64,000 nt of DNA, from NCBI GenBank assembly GCA_964016885.1, contig OZ024743.1:178498001-178562000 (forward strand), given 5' to 3'. This stretch comes from Eledone cirrhosa (taxonomy: Eukaryota). A program made the translations under genes and the position numbers. Shown piece after piece: positions 1 to 18,000 of the stretch; within the stretch, counting starts at the first letter, position 1; each line of letters opens with the position of its first letter. The notes below the pieces were generated by a model. That model saw only the letters and a program-made list of their open reading frames with translations, was not told the DNA's origin and did no database searches.

Positions 1-3000
1 ACACTGCGACATTATGACCGTAAGTCCAACACACCACGACATTATGATCGTAAGTCAAACACACCATGACATAATGATCGCAAGTGAAACACACCATGAC
101 ATTATGATCTTAAGTCCAACACACCACACCATTATGATCGTAAGTCAAACATACCATGACATTATGACCGTAAGTCCATCACACCACGACATTATGACCG
201 TAAATCCAACAAACCACGACATTATGATCGTAAGTCAAACACACCATGACATTATGATCCTAAGTCCAACACACCATGATATTATGACCGTAAGCCGAAA
301 ACACTACGACATAATGATCGTAAGTCCAACACACCACGCATAATGATCGTAAGTCAAACACACCACGACATAATGATCGTAAGTCAAACACACCATGACA
401 TTATGATCGTAAGTCTAGCACACCACGACATAATTATCGTAAGTCAAACACACCACGACATAATGATCATGAGTCCAACACACCACACCATTATGATCGT
501 AAGTCCAACACACCACACCATTATGATCGTAAGTCCAACACACCATGAGATAATGACCGTAAGTCTAAGATATCACGACATAATGATCGTAAGTCCAAAA
601 CACCACACCATTATGATCGTAAGTCCAACACACCACACAATATCGATCGTAAGTCCAAAACACCACACCATTATGATCGTAAGTCCAACACACCACACAA
701 TATCGATCGTAAGTCCAACACACCACACCATTATGACCGTAAGTCCAACACACCATGACATAATGAACGTAAGTCCAAAATACCACGACATAATGATCGT
801 AATTCCAACACACCACGACATAATGATCGTAAGTCAAACACACCACACCATTATGATCGTAAGTCCAACACACCACACCATTATGATCGTAAGTCCAAAA
901 CGCCACACCCTTATGATAGTAAGTCCAACACACCATGAGATAATTATCTTAAGTCTAAGACATCACGACATAATGATCGTAAGTCCAAAACACCACACCA
1001 TTATGATCGTAATTCTAACACACCACAAGATATTGATCGTAAGTCCAACACACCACACCATTATGACCGTCAGTCCAACACACCACATTATAATGATCGT
1101 AAGTCCAACACACCACACCATAATGATCGTAAGTCAAACACACAACGACATAATGATTGTAAGTCCAACACGCCATGAGATAATGATCGCAAGTCTAAGA
1201 CATCACGACATAATGATCGTAAGTCCAAAACACCACACCGTTATGATCGTCAGTCCAACACACCACATTATAATGATCGTAAGTCCAACACATCACACCA
1301 TAATGATCGTAAGTCAAACACACAACGACATAATGATCGTAAGTCAACCACACCACGACATAATGATCGTAAGTCAAACACATGATGACATTATGATCGT
1401 AAGTCAAACACACCACACCATTATGATCGTAGGCCCAACACACCACACCATTATGATCGTAAATCTAACAGACGACTCCATTATGATCGTCAGTCCCACA
1501 CACCATGACTTAACATTGTGATCCTAAGTCAAACACACCATGATATTATGATCGTAAGTTCAACACACCACGGCATGTTGACCGTAAGTCCAACACACCA
1601 CACCTTTATGACCGTAAGTCCAACACACCATGACACAATGAACGTAAGTCCAACACACCACGACATAATGATCGTAAGTCAAACACACCACGACATAATG
1701 ATCGTAAGTCAAACAAACCACGACATAATGAACGCAAGTCCATCACACCACGACATTATGACTGTAAGCCCAAAACACCACGACGTAATGATCGTAAGTC
1801 CAACACACCACGACATAATGATCGTAAGTGAAACACACCACGACATAATGATCTTAAGTCAAACACACCATGACATTATGATCGTAAGTCCAGCACACCA
1901 CGACATAATGATCGTAAGTCCAACACACCACACCATTATGATCGTAAGTTCAACACACCACACCATTATGATCGTAAGTCCAACACGCCACACCCTTATG
2001 GTCGTAAATCCAACACACCATGAGATAATGATCGTAAGTCTAACACACATTGACATAATGACCGTAAGTCCAACACACCATAACATTGTGATCCTAAGTC
2101 AAACACACCATGACATTATGATCGTAAGTTCAACACACCACGGCATGTTGACCGTAAGTCCAACACACCACACCATTATGACCGTAAGTCCAACACACCA
2201 TGACACAATGAACGTAAGTCCATCACACCACCACATTATGACCGTAAGTCCAACACACCACGACATCATGATCGTGAGTCCAACACACCATGGCATAATG
2301 ATCGTAAGTCAAACACACCATGACATTATGACCGTAAGTCCATCACACCGCGACATTATGACCGTAAGTCCAACACACCACGACATTATGATCGTAAGTC
2401 AAACACACCATGACATAATGATCGCAAGTCAAACACACCATGACATTATGATCTTAAGTCCAACACACCACACCATTATGATCGTAAGTCCAACACACCA
2501 TGACATTATGACCGTAAGTCCAACACACCACACCATTATGACCGTAAGTCCAACACACCATGACACAATGAACGTAAGTCCATCACACCACCACATTATG
2601 ACCGTAAGTCCAACACACCACGACATTATGACCGTAAATCCAACACACCACGACCTTATGATCGTAAGTCAAACACACCATGACATTATGATCCTAAGTC
2701 CAACACACCATGATATTATGACCGTAAGCCCAAAACACCACGGCGTAATGATCGTAAGTCCAACACACCACGACATGATGATCGTAAGTCAAACACACCA
2801 CGACATAATGATCTTAAGTCAAACACACCATGACATTATGATCGTAAGTCCAGCACACCACGACATATTGATCGTAAGTCAAACACACCACGACATAATG
2901 ATCGTAAGTCCAACACACCACACCATTATGATCGTAAGTCCAACACACCACACCATTATGATCGTAAGTCCAACACGCCACACCCTTATGATCGTAAATC

Positions 3001-6000
3001 CAAAACACCACACCATTATGATCGTCAGTCCAACACACCACACCATAATGATCGTAAGTCAAACACACAACGACATAATGATCGTAAGTCCAACACACCA
3101 CGACATAATGATCGTAAGTCAAACACACGATGACATTATGATCGTAAGTCAACACACCACACCATTATGATCGTAGGCCCAACACACCACACCATTATGA
3201 TCGTAAATCTAACAGACGACACCATTATGATCGTAAGTCCCACACACCATGACATAATGATCGTAAGTTCAAAACATAACACCAATATCATCGTAAGTCA
3301 AACGCACCATGACATTATTATCTTCTTAAGTCAAACACACCACGACATACTTATCGTAAGTCCAACCCACCATGATATTATGATCGTAAGTCCAAACCAC
3401 CATGACGTTATGACAGTAAGTCTAACCCACATTGACATAATGACCGTAAGTCCAACACACCATAACATTGTGATCCTAAGTCAAACACACCATGATATTA
3501 TGATCGTAAGTTCAACACACCACGGCATGTTGACCGTAAGTCCAACACACCACACCATTATGACCGTAAGTCCAACACACCACGACATAATGAAAGTAAG
3601 TCAAACACACCACGACATAATGAACGCAAGTACATCACACCACGACATTATGACCGTAAGTCCAACACACCACAAACATCATAATCGTAAGTCCAACACA
3701 CCATGACATAATGATCGTCAGTCAAACACACCACGACATAATGATCGTAAATCCAACACACCACACCATTATGATCGTAAGTCCAACACACCACACCATT
3801 ATGATCGTAAGTCCAACACGCCACACCCTTATGATCATAAGTCCAACAAACCATGAGATAATGATCGTAAGTCTAAGACATCACGACATAATGATCGTAA
3901 GTCCAAAACACCACACCATTATGATCGTCAGTCCAACTCACCACATTATAATGATCGTAAGTCCAACACACCACACCATAATGATCGTAAGTCAAACACA
4001 AAACGACATAATGATCGTAAGTCAAACACACCACGACATAATGATCCTAAGTCAAACACACGATGACATAATGATCGTAAGTCAAACACACGATGACATT
4101 ATGATCGTAAGTTAAACACACCACACCATTATAATTGTAGGCCCAACACACCACACCATTATGATCGTAAATCTAACAGACGACACCATTATGATCGTAA
4201 GTCCCACACACCATGACATAATGATCGTAAGTTCAACACATAACACCATTATCATCGTAAGTCAAAAGCACCATGACATTAATATCTTCTTAAGTCAAAC
4301 ACACCACGACATAATTATCGTAAGTCCAACACACCATGACATTATGATCGTAAGTCCAAACCACCATGACGTTATGACCGTAAGTCTAACACACATTGAC
4401 ATAATGACCGTAAGTCCAACACACCACACCATTATGACCGTAAGTCCAACACACCATGACATAATGAACGTAATTCCAAAACACCACGACATAATGATCG
4501 TAATTCCAACACACCACGACATAATGATCGTAAGTCAAATACACCACACCATTATGATCGTAAGTCCAACACACCACACCATTATGATCGTAAGTCCAAA
4601 ACGCCACACCCTTATGATAGTAAGTCCAACACACCATGAGATAATTATCGTAAGTCTAAGACATCACGACATAATGATCGTAAGTCCAAAACACCACACC
4701 ATTATGATCGTAAGTCTAACACACCACAACATATTGATCGTAAGTCCAACACACCACACCATTATGACCGTCAGTCCAACACACCACATTATAATGATCG
4801 TAAGTCCAACACACCACACCATAATGATCGTAAGTCAAACACACAACGACATAATGATTGTAAGTCCAACACGCCATGAGATAATGATCGCAAGTCTAAG
4901 ACATCACGACATAATGATCGTAAGTCCAAAACACCACACCGTTATGATCGTCAGTCCAACACACCACATTATAATGATCGTAAGTCCAACACATCACACC
5001 ATAATGATCGTAAGTCAAACACACAACGACATAATGATCGTAAGTCAACCACACCACGACATAATGATCGTAAGTCAAACACATGATGACATTATGATCG
5101 TAAGTCAAACACACCACACCATTATGATCGTAGGCCCAACACACCACACCATTATGATCGTAAATCTAACAGACGACTCCATTATGATCGTCAGTCCCAC
5201 ACACCATGACTTAACATTGTGATCCTAAGTCAAACACACCATGATATTATGATCGTAAGTTCAACACACCACGGCATGTTGACCGTAAGTCCAACACACC
5301 ACACCTTTATGACCGTAAGTCCAACACACCATGACACAATGAACGTAAGTCCAACACACCACGACATAATGATCGTAAGTCAAACACACCACGACATAAT
5401 GATCGTAAGTCAAACACACCACGACATAATGAACGCAAGTCCATCACACCACGACATTATGACTGTAAGCCCAAAACACCACGACGTAATGATCGTAAGT
5501 CCAACACACCACGACATAATGATCGTAAGTGAAACACACCACGACATAATGATCTTAAGTCAAACACACCATGACATTATGATCGTAAGTCCAGCACACC
5601 ACGACATAATGATCGTAAGGCCAACACACCACACCATTATGATCGTAAGTTCAACACACCACACCATTATGATCGTAAGTCCAACACGCCACACCCTTAT
5701 GGTCGTAAATCCAACACACCATGAGATAATGATCGTAAGTCTAACACACATTGACATAATGACCGTAAGTCCAACACACCATAACATTGTGATCCTAAGT
5801 CAAACACACCATGACATTATGATCGTAAGTTCAACACACCACGGCATGTTGACCGTAAGTCCAACACACCACACCATTATGACCGTAAGTCCAACACACC
5901 ATGACACAATGAACGTAAGTCCATCACACCACCACATTATGACCGTAAGTCCAACACACCACGACATCATGATCGTGAGTCCAACACACCATGGCATAAT

Positions 6001-9000
6001 GATCGTAAGTCAAACACACCATGACATTATGACCGTAAGTCCATCACACCGCGACATTATGACCGTAAGTCCAACACACCACGACATTATGATTGTAAGT
6101 CAAACACACCATGACATAATGATCGCAAGTCAAACACACCATGACATTATGATCTTAAGTCCAACACACCACACCATTATGATCGTAAGTCCAACACACC
6201 ATGACATTATGACCGTAAGTCCAACACACCACACCATTATGACCGTAAGTCCAACACACCATGACACAATGAACGTAAGTCCATCACACCACCACATTAT
6301 GACCGTAAGTCCAACACACCACGACATTATGACCGTAAATCCAACACACCACGACCTTATGATCGTAAGTCAAACACACCATGACATTATGATCCTAAGT
6401 CCAACACACCATGATATTATGACCGTAAGCCCAAAACACCACGGCGTAATGATCGTAAGTCCAACACACCACGACATGATGATCGTAAGTCAAACACACC
6501 ACGACATAATGATCTTAAGTCAAACACACCATGACATTATGATCGTAAGTCCAGCACACCACGACATATTGATCGTAAGTCAAACACACCACGACATAAT
6601 GATCGTAAGTCCAACACACCACACCATTATGATCGTAAGTCCAACACACCACACCATTATGATCGTAAGTCCAACACGCCACACCCTTATGATCGTAAAT
6701 CCAAAACACCACACCATTATGATCGTCAGTCCAACACACCACACCATAATGATCGTAAGTCAAACACACAACGACATAATGGTCGTAAGTCCAACACACC
6801 ACGACATAATGATCGTAAGTCAAACACACGATGACATTATGATCGTAAGTCAACACACCACACCATTATGATCGTAGGCCCAACACACCACACCATTATG
6901 ATCGTAAATCTAACAGACGACTCCATTATGATCGTCAGTCCCACACACCATGACTTAACATTGTGATCCTAAGTCAAACACACCATGATATTATGATCGT
7001 AAGTTCAACACACCACGGCATGTTGACCGTAAGTCCAACACACCACACCTTTATGACCGTAAGTCCAACACACCATGACACAATGAACGTAAGTCCAACA
7101 CACCACGACATAATGATCGTAAGTCAAACACACCACGACATAATGATCGTAAGTCAAACACACCACGACATAATGAACGCAAGTCCATCACACCACGACA
7201 TTATGACTGTAAGCCCAAAACACCACGACGTAATGATCGTAAGTCCAACACACCACGACATAATGATCGTAAGTGAAACACACCACGACATAATGATCTT
7301 AAGTCAAACACACCATGACATTATGATCGTAAGTCCAGCACACCACGACATAATGATCGTAAGGCCAACACACCACACCATTATGATCGTAAGTTCAACA
7401 CACCACACCATTATGATCGTAAGTCCAACACGCCACACCCTTATGGTCGTAAATCCAACACACCATGAGATAATGATCGTAAGTCTAACACACATTGACA
7501 TAATGACCGTAAGTCCAACACACCATAACATTGTGATCCTAAGTCAAACACACCATGACATTATGATCGTAAGTTCAACACACCACGGCATGTTGACCGT
7601 AAGTCCAACACACCACACCATTATGACCGTAAGTCCAACACACCATGACACAATGAACGTAAGTCCATCACACCACCACATTATGACCGTAAGTCCAACA
7701 CACCACGACATCATGATCGTGAGTCCAACACACCATGGCATAATGATCGTAAGTCAAACACACCATGACATTATGACCGTAAGTCCATCACACCGCGACA
7801 TTATGACCGTAAGTCCAACACACCACGACATTATGATTGTAAGTCAAACACACCATGACATAATGATCGCAAGTCAAACACACCATGACATTATGATCTT
7901 AAGTCCAACACACCACACCATTATGATCGTAAGTCCAACACACCATGACATTATGACCGTAAGTCCAACACACCACACCATTATGACCGTAAGTCCAACA
8001 CACCATGACACAATGAACGTAAGTCCATCACACCACCACATTATGACCGTAAGTCCAACACACCACGACATTATGACCGTAAATCCAACACACCACGACC
8101 TTATGATCGTAAGTCAAACACACCATGACATTATGATCCTAAGTCCAACACACCATGATATTATGACCGTAAGCCCAAAACACCACGGCGTAATGATCGT
8201 AAGTCCAACACACCACGACATGATGATCGTAAGTCAAACACACCACGACATAATGATCTTAAGTCAAACACACCATGACATTATGATCGTAAGTCCAGCA
8301 CACCACGACATATTGATCGTAAGTCAAACACACCACGACATAATGATCGTAAGTCCAACACACCACACCATTATGATCGTAAGTCCAACACACCATGAGA
8401 TAATGATCGTAAGTCTAAGACATCACGACATAATGATCGTAAGTCAACCACACCACGACATAATGATCGTAAGTCAAACACATGATGACATTATGATCGT
8501 AAGTCAAACACACCACACCATTATGATCGTAGGCCCAACACACCACACCATTATGATCGTAAATCTAACAGACGACTCCATTATGATCGTCAGTCCCACA
8601 CACCATGACTTAACATTGTGATCCTAAGTCAAACACACCATGATATTATGATCGTAAGTTCAACACACCACGGCATGTTGACCGTAAGTCCAACACACCA
8701 CACCATTATGATCGTAAATCTAACAGACGACACCATTATGATCGTAAGTCCCACACACCATGACATAATGATCGTAAGTTCAAAACATAACACCAATATC
8801 ATCGTAAGTCAAACGCACCATGACATTATTATCTTCTTAAGTCAAACACACCACGACATACTTATCGTAAGTCCAACCCACCATGATATTATGATCGTAA
8901 GTCCAAACCACCATGACGTTATGACAGTAAGTCTAACCCACATTGACATAATGACCGTAAGTCCAACACACCATAACATTGTGATCCTAAGTCAAACACA

Positions 9001-12000
9001 CCATGATATTATGATCGTAAGTTCAACACACCACGGCATGTTGACCGTAAGTCCAACACACCACACCATTATGACCGTAAGTCCAACACACCACGACATA
9101 ATGAAAGTAAGTCAAACACACCACGACATAATGAACGCAAGTACATCACACCACGACATTATGACCGTAAGTCCAACACACCACAAACATCATAATCGTA
9201 AGTCCAACACACCATGACATAATGATCGTCAGTCAAACACACCACGACATAATGATCGTAAATCCAACACACCACACCATTATGATCGTAAGTCCAACAC
9301 ACCACACCATTATGATCGTAAGTCCAACACGCCACACCCTTATGATCATAAGTCCAACAAACCATGAGATAATGATCGTAAGTCTAAGACATCACGACAT
9401 AATGATCGTAAGTCCAAAACACCACACCATTATGATCGTCAGTCCAACTCACCACATTATAATGATCGTAAGTCCAACACACCACACCATAATGATCGTA
9501 AGTCAAACACAAAACGACATAATGATCGTAAGTCAAACACACCACGACATAATGATCCTAAGTCAAACACACGATGACATAATGATCGTAAGTCAAACAC
9601 ACGATGACATTATGATCGTAAGTTAAACACACCACACCATTATAATTGTAGGCCCAACACACCACACCATTATGATCGTAAATCTAACAGACGACACCAT
9701 TATGATCGTAAGTCCCACACACCATGACATAATGATCGTAAGTTCAACACATAACACCATTATCATCGTAAGTCAAAAGCACCATGACATTAATATCTTC
9801 TTAAGTCAAACACACCACGACATAATTATCGTAAGTCCAACACACCATGACATTATGATCGTAAGTCCAAACCACCATGACGTTATGACCGTAAGTCTAA
9901 CACACATTGACATAATGACCGTAAGTCCAACACACCACACCATTATGACCGTAAGTCCAACACACCATGACATAATGAACGTAATTCCAAAACACCACGA
10001 CATAATGATCGTAATTCCAACACACCACGACATAATGATCGTAAGTCAAATACACCACACCATTATGATCGTAAGTCCAACACACCACACCATTATGATC
10101 GTAAGTCCAAAACGCCACACCCTTATGATAGTAAGTCCAACACACCATGAGATAATTATCGTAAGTCTAAGACATCACGACATAATGATCGTAAGTCCAA
10201 AACACCACACCATTATGATCGTAAGTCTAACACACCACAACATATTGATCGTAAGTCCAACACACCACACCATTATGACCGTCAGTCCAACACACCACAT
10301 TATAATGATCGTAAGTCCAACACACCACACCATAATGATCGTAAGTCAAACACACAACGACATAATGATTGTAAGTCCAACACGCCATGAGATAATGATC
10401 GCAAGTCTAAGACATCACGACATAATGATCGTAAGTCCAAAACACCACACCGTTATGATCGTCAGTCCAACACACCACATTATAATGATCGTAAGTCCAA
10501 CACATCACACCATAATGATCGTAAGTCAAACACACAACGACATAATGATCGTAAGTCAACCACACCACGACATAATGATCGTAAGTCAAACACATGATGA
10601 CATTATGATCGTAAGTCAAACACACCACACCATTATGATCGTAGGCCCAACACACCACACCATTATGATCGTAAATCTAACAGACGACTCCATTATGATC
10701 GTCAGTCCCACACACCATGACTTAACATTGTGATCCTAAGTCAAACACACCATGATATTATGATCGTAAGTTCAACACACCACGGCATGTTGACCGTAAG
10801 TCCAACACACCACACCTTTATGACCGTAAGTCCAACACACCATGACACAATGAACGTAAGTCCAACACACCACGACATAATGATCGTAAGTCAAACACAC
10901 CACGACATAATGATCGTAAGTCAAACACACCACGACATAATGAACGCAAGTCCATCACACCACGACATTATGACTGTAAGCCCAAAACACCACGACGTAA
11001 TGATCGTAAGTCCAACACACCACGACATAATGATCGTAAGTGAAACACACCACGACATAATGATCTTAAGTCAAACACACCATGACATTATGATCGTAAG
11101 TCCAGCACACCACGACATAATGATCGTAAGGCCAACACACCACACCATTATGATCGTAAGTTCAACACACCACACCATTATGATCGTAAGTCCAACACGC
11201 CACACCCTTATGGTCGTAAATCCAACACACCATGAGATAATGATCGTAAGTCTAACACACATTGACATAATGACCGTAAGTCCAACACACCATAACATTG
11301 TGATCCTAAGTCAAACACACCATGACATTATGATCGTAAGTTCAACACACCACGGCATGTTGACCGTAAGTCCAACACACCACACCATTATGACCGTAAG
11401 TCCAACACACCATGACACAATGAACGTAAGTCCATCACACCACCACATTATGACCGTAAGTCCAACACACCACGACATCATGATCGTGAGTCCAACACAC
11501 CATGGCATAATGATCGTAAGTCAAACACACCATGACATTATGACCGTAAGTCCATCACACCGCGACATTATGACCGTAAGTCCAACACACCACGACATTA
11601 TGATTGTAAGTCAAACACACCATGACATAATGATCGCAAGTCAAACACACCATGACATTATGATCTTAAGTCCAACACACCACACCATTATGATCGTAAG
11701 TCCAACACACCATGACATTATGACCGTAAGTCCAACACACCACACCATTATGACCGTAAGTCCAACACACCATGACACAATGAACGTAAGTCCATCACAC
11801 CACCACATTATGACCGTAAGTCCAACACACCACGACATTATGACCGTAAATCCAACACACCACGACCTTATGATCGTAAGTCAAACACACCATGACATTA
11901 TGATCCTAAGTCCAACACACCATGATATTATGACCGTAAGCCCAAAACACCACGGCGTAATGATCGTAAGTCCAACACACCACGACATGATGATCGTAAG

Positions 12001-15000
12001 TCAAACACACCACGACATAATGATCTTAAGTCAAACACACCATGACATTATGATCGTAAGTCCAGCACACCACGACATATTGATCGTAAGTCAAACACAC
12101 CACGACATAATGATCGTAAGTCAAACACACCACGACATAATGAACGCAAGTCCATCACACCACGACATTATGACTGTAAGCCCAAAACACCACGACGTAA
12201 TGATCGTAAGTCCAACACACCACGACATAATGATCGTAAGTGAAACACACCACGACATAATGATCTTAAGTCAAACACACCATGACATTATGATCGTAAG
12301 TCCAGCACACCACGACATAATGATCGTAAGGCCAACACACCACACCATTATGATCGTAAGTTCAACACACCACACCATTATGATCGTAAGTCCAACACGC
12401 CACACCCTTATGGTCGTAAATCCAACACACCATGAGATAATGATCGTAAGTCTAACACACATTGACATAATGACCGTAAGTCCAACACACCATAACATTG
12501 TGATCCTAAGTCAAACACACCATGACATTATGATCGTAAGTTCAACACACCACGGCATGTTGACCGTAAGTCCAACACACCACACCATTATGACCGTAAG
12601 TCCAACACACCATGACACAATGAACGTAAGTCCATCACACCACCACATTATGACCGTAAGTCCAACACACCACGACATCATGATCGTGAGTCCAACACAC
12701 CATGGCATAATGATCGTAAGTCAAACACACCATGACATTATGACCGTAAGTCCATCACACCGCGACATTATGACCGTAAGTCCAACACACCACGACATTA
12801 TGATTGTAAGTCAAACACACCATGACATAATGATCGCAAGTCAAACACACCATGACATTATGATCTTAAGTCCAACACACCACACCATTATGATCGTAAG
12901 TCCAACACACCATGACATTATGACCGTAAGTCCAACACACCACACCATTATGACCGTAAGTCCAACACACCATGACACAATGAACGTAAGTCCATCACAC
13001 CACCACATTATGACCGTAAGTCCAACACACCACGACATTATGACCGTAAATCCAACACACCACGACCTTATGATCGTAAGTCAAACACACCATGACATTA
13101 TGATCCTAAGTCCAACACACCATGATATTATGACCGTAAGCCCAAAACACCACGGCGTAATGATCGTAAGTCCAACACACCACGACATGATGATCGTAAG
13201 TCAAACACACCACGACATAATGATCTTAAGTCAAACACACCATGACATTATGATCGTAAGTCCAGCACACCACGACATATTGATCGTAATTCAAACACAC
13301 CACGACATAATGATCGTAAGTCCAACACACCACACCATTATGATCGTAAGTCCAACACACCACACCATTATGATCGTAAGTCCAACACGCCACACCCTTA
13401 TGATCGTAAATCCAAAACACCACACCATTATGATCGTCAGTCCAACACACCACACCATAATGATCGTAAGTCAAACACACAACGACATAATGGTCGTAAG
13501 TCCAACACACCACGACATAATGATCGTAAGTCAAACACACGATGACATTATGATCGTAAGTCAACACACCACACCATTATGATCGTAGGCCCAACACACC
13601 ACACCATTATGATCGTAAATCTAACAGACGACTCCATTATGATCGTCAGTCCCACACACCATGACTTAACATTGTGATCCTAAGTCAAACACACCATGAT
13701 ATTATGATCGTAAGTTCAACACACCACGGCATGTTGACCGTAAGTCCAACACACCACACCTTTATGACCGTAAGTCCAACACACCATGACACAATGAACG
13801 TAAGTCCAACACACCACGACATAATGATCGTAAGTCAAACACACCACGACATAATGATCGTAAGTCAAACACACCACGACATAATGAACGCAAGTCCATC
13901 ACACCACGACATTATGACTGTAAGCCCAAAACACCACGACGTAATGATCGTAAGTCCAACACACCACGACATAATGATCGTAAGTGAAACACACCACGAC
14001 ATAATGATCTTAAGTCAAACACACCATGACATTATGATCGTAAGTCCAGCACACCACGACATAATGATCGTAAGGCCAACACACCACACCATTATGATCG
14101 TAAGTTCAACACACCACACCATTATGATCGTAAGTCCAACACGCCACACCCTTATGGTCGTAAATCCAACACACCATGAGATAATGATCGTAAGTCTAAC
14201 ACACATTGACATAATGACCGTAAGTCCAACACACCATAACATTGTGATCCTAAGTCAAACACACCATGACATTATGATCGTAAGTTCAACACACCACGGC
14301 ATGTTGACCGTAAGTCCAACACACCACACCATTATGACCGTAAGTCCAACACACCATGACACAATGAACGTAAGTCCATCACACCACCACATTATGACCG
14401 TAAGTCCAACACACCACGACATCATGATCGTGAGTCCAACACACCATGGCATAATGATCGTAAGTCAAACACACCATGACATTATGACCGTAAGTCCATC
14501 ACACCGCGACATTATGACCGTAAGTCCAACACACCACGACATTATGATTGTAAGTCAAACACACCATGACATAATGATCGCAAGTCAAACACACCATGAC
14601 ATTATGATCTTAAGTCCAACACACCACACCATTATGATCGTAAGTCCAACACACCATGACATTATGACCGTAAGTCCAACACACCACACCATTATGACCG
14701 TAAGTCCAACACACCATGACACAATGAACGTAAGTCCATCACACCACCACATTATGACCGTAAGTCCAACACACCACGACATTATGACCGTAAATCCAAC
14801 ACACCACGACCTTATGATCGTAAGTCAAACACACCATGACATTATGATGCTAAGTCCAACACACCATGATATTATGACCGTAAGCCCAAAACACCACGGC
14901 GTAATGATCGTAAGTCCAACACACCACGACATGATGATCGTAAGTCAAACACACCACGACATAATGATCTTAAGTCAAACACACCATGACATTATGATCG

Positions 15001-18000
15001 TAAGTCCAGCACACCACGACATATTGATCGTAAGTCAAACACACCACGACATAATGATCGTAAGTCCAACACACCACACCATTATGATCGTAAGTCCAAC
15101 ACACCATGAGATAATGATCGTAAGTCTAAGACATCACGACATAATGATCGTAAGTCAACCACACCACGACATAATGATCGTAAGTCAAACACATGATGAC
15201 ATTATGATCGTAAGTCAAACACACCACACCATTATGATCGTAGGCCCAACACACCACACCATTATGATCGTAAATCTAACAGACGACTCCATTATGATCG
15301 TCAGTCCCACACACCATGACTTAACATTGTGATCCTAAGTCAAACACACCATGATATTATGATCGTAAGTTCAACACACCACGGCATGTTGACCGTAAGT
15401 CCAACACACCACACCATTATGATCGTAAATCTAACAGACGACACCATTATGATCGTAAGTCCCACACACCATGACATAATGATCGTAAGTTCAAAACATA
15501 ACACCAATATCATCGTAAGTCAAACGCACCATGACATTATTATCTTCTTAAGTCAAACACACCACGACATACTTATCGTAAGTCCAACCCACCATGATAT
15601 TATGATCGTAAGTCCAAACCACCATGACGTTATGACAGTAAGTCTAACCCACATTGACATAATGACCGTAAGTCCAACACACCATAACATTGTGATCCTA
15701 AGTCAAACACACCATGATATTATGATCGTAAGTTCAACACACCACGGCATGTTGACCGTAAGTCCAACACACCACACCATTATGACCGTAAGTCCAACAC
15801 ACCACGACATAATGAAAGTAAGTCAAACACACCACGACATAATGAACGCAAGTACATCACACCACGACATTATGACCGTAAGTCCAACACACCACAAACA
15901 TCATAATCGTAAGTCCAACACACCATGACATAATGATCGTCAGTCAAACACACCACGACATAATGATCGTAAATCCAACACACCACACCATTATGATCGT
16001 AAGTCCAACACACCACACCATTATGATCGTAAGTCCAACACGCCACACCCTTATGATCATAAGTCCAACAAACCATGAGATAATGATCGTAAGTCTAAGA
16101 CATCACGACATAATGATCGTAAGTCCAAAACACCACACCATTATGATCGTCAGTCCAACTCACCACATTATAATGATCGTAAGTCCAACACACCACACCA
16201 TAATGATCGTAAGTCAAACACAAAACGACATAATGATCGTAAGTCAAACACACCACGACATAATGATCCTAAGTCAAACACACGATGACATAATGATCGT
16301 AAGTCAAACACACGATGACATTATGATCGTAAGTTAAACACACCACACCATTATAATTGTAGGCCCAACACACCACACCATTATGATCGTAAATCTAACA
16401 GACGACACCATTATGATCGTAAGTCCCACACACCATGACATAATGATCGTAAGTTCAACACATAACACCATTATCATCGTAAGTCAAAAGCACCATGACA
16501 TTAATATCTTCTTAAGTCAAACACACCACGACATAATTATCGTAAGTCCAACACACCATGACATTATGATCGTAAGTCCAAACCACCATGACGTTATGAC
16601 CGTAAGTCTAACACACATTGACATAATGACCGTAAGTCCAACACACCACACCATTATGACCGTAAGTCCAACACACCATGACATAATGAACGTAATTCCA
16701 AAACACCACGACATAATGATCGTAATTCCAACACACCACGACATAATGATCGTAAGTCAAATACACCACACCATTATGATCGTAAGTCCAACACACCACA
16801 CCATTATGATCGTAAGTCCAAAACGCCACACCCTTATGATAGTAAGTCCAACACACCATGAGATAATTATCGTAAGTCTAAGACATCACGACATAATGAT
16901 CGTAAGTCCAAAACACCACACCATTATGATCGTAAGTCTAACACACCACAACATATTGATCGTAAGTCCAACACACCACACCATTATGACCGTCAGTCCA
17001 ACACACCACATTATAATGATCGTAAGTCCAACACACCACACCATAATGATCGTAAGTCAAACACACAACGACATAATGATTGTAAGTCCAACACGCCATG
17101 AGATAATGATCGCAAGTCTAAGACATCACGACATAATGATCGTAAGTCCAAAACACCACACCGTTATGATCGTCAGTCCAACACACCACATTATAATGAT
17201 CGTAAGTCCAACACATCACACCATAATGATCGTAAGTCAAACACACAACGACATAATGATCGTAAGTCAACCACACCACGACATAATGATCGTAAGTCAA
17301 ACACATGATGACATTATGATCGTAAGTCAAACACACCACACCATTATGATCGTAGGCCCAACACACCACACCATTATGATCGTAAATCTAACAGACGACT
17401 CCATTATGATCGTCAGTCCCACACACCATGACTTAACATTGTGATCCTAAGTCAAACACACCATGATATTATGATCGTAAGTTCAACACACCACGGCATG
17501 TTGACCGTAAGTCCAACACACCACACCTTTATGACCGTAAGTCCAACACACCATGACACAATGAACGTAAGTCCAACACACCACGACATAATGATCGTAA
17601 GTCAAACACACCACGACATAATGATCGTAAGTCAAACACACCACGACATAATGAACGCAAGTCCATCACACCACGACATTATGACTGTAAGCCCAAAACA
17701 CCACGACGTAATGATCGTAAGTCCAACACACCACGACATAATGATCGTAAGTGAAACACACCACGACATAATGATCTTAAGTCAAACACACCATGACATT
17801 ATGATCGTAAGTCCAGCACACCACGACATAATGATCGTAAGGCCAACACACCACACCATTATGATCGTAAGTTCAACACACCACACCATTATGATCGTAA
17901 GTCCAACACGCCACACCCTTATGGTCGTAAATCCAACACACCATGAGATAATGATCGTAAGTCTAACACACATTGACATAATGACCGTAAGTCCAACACA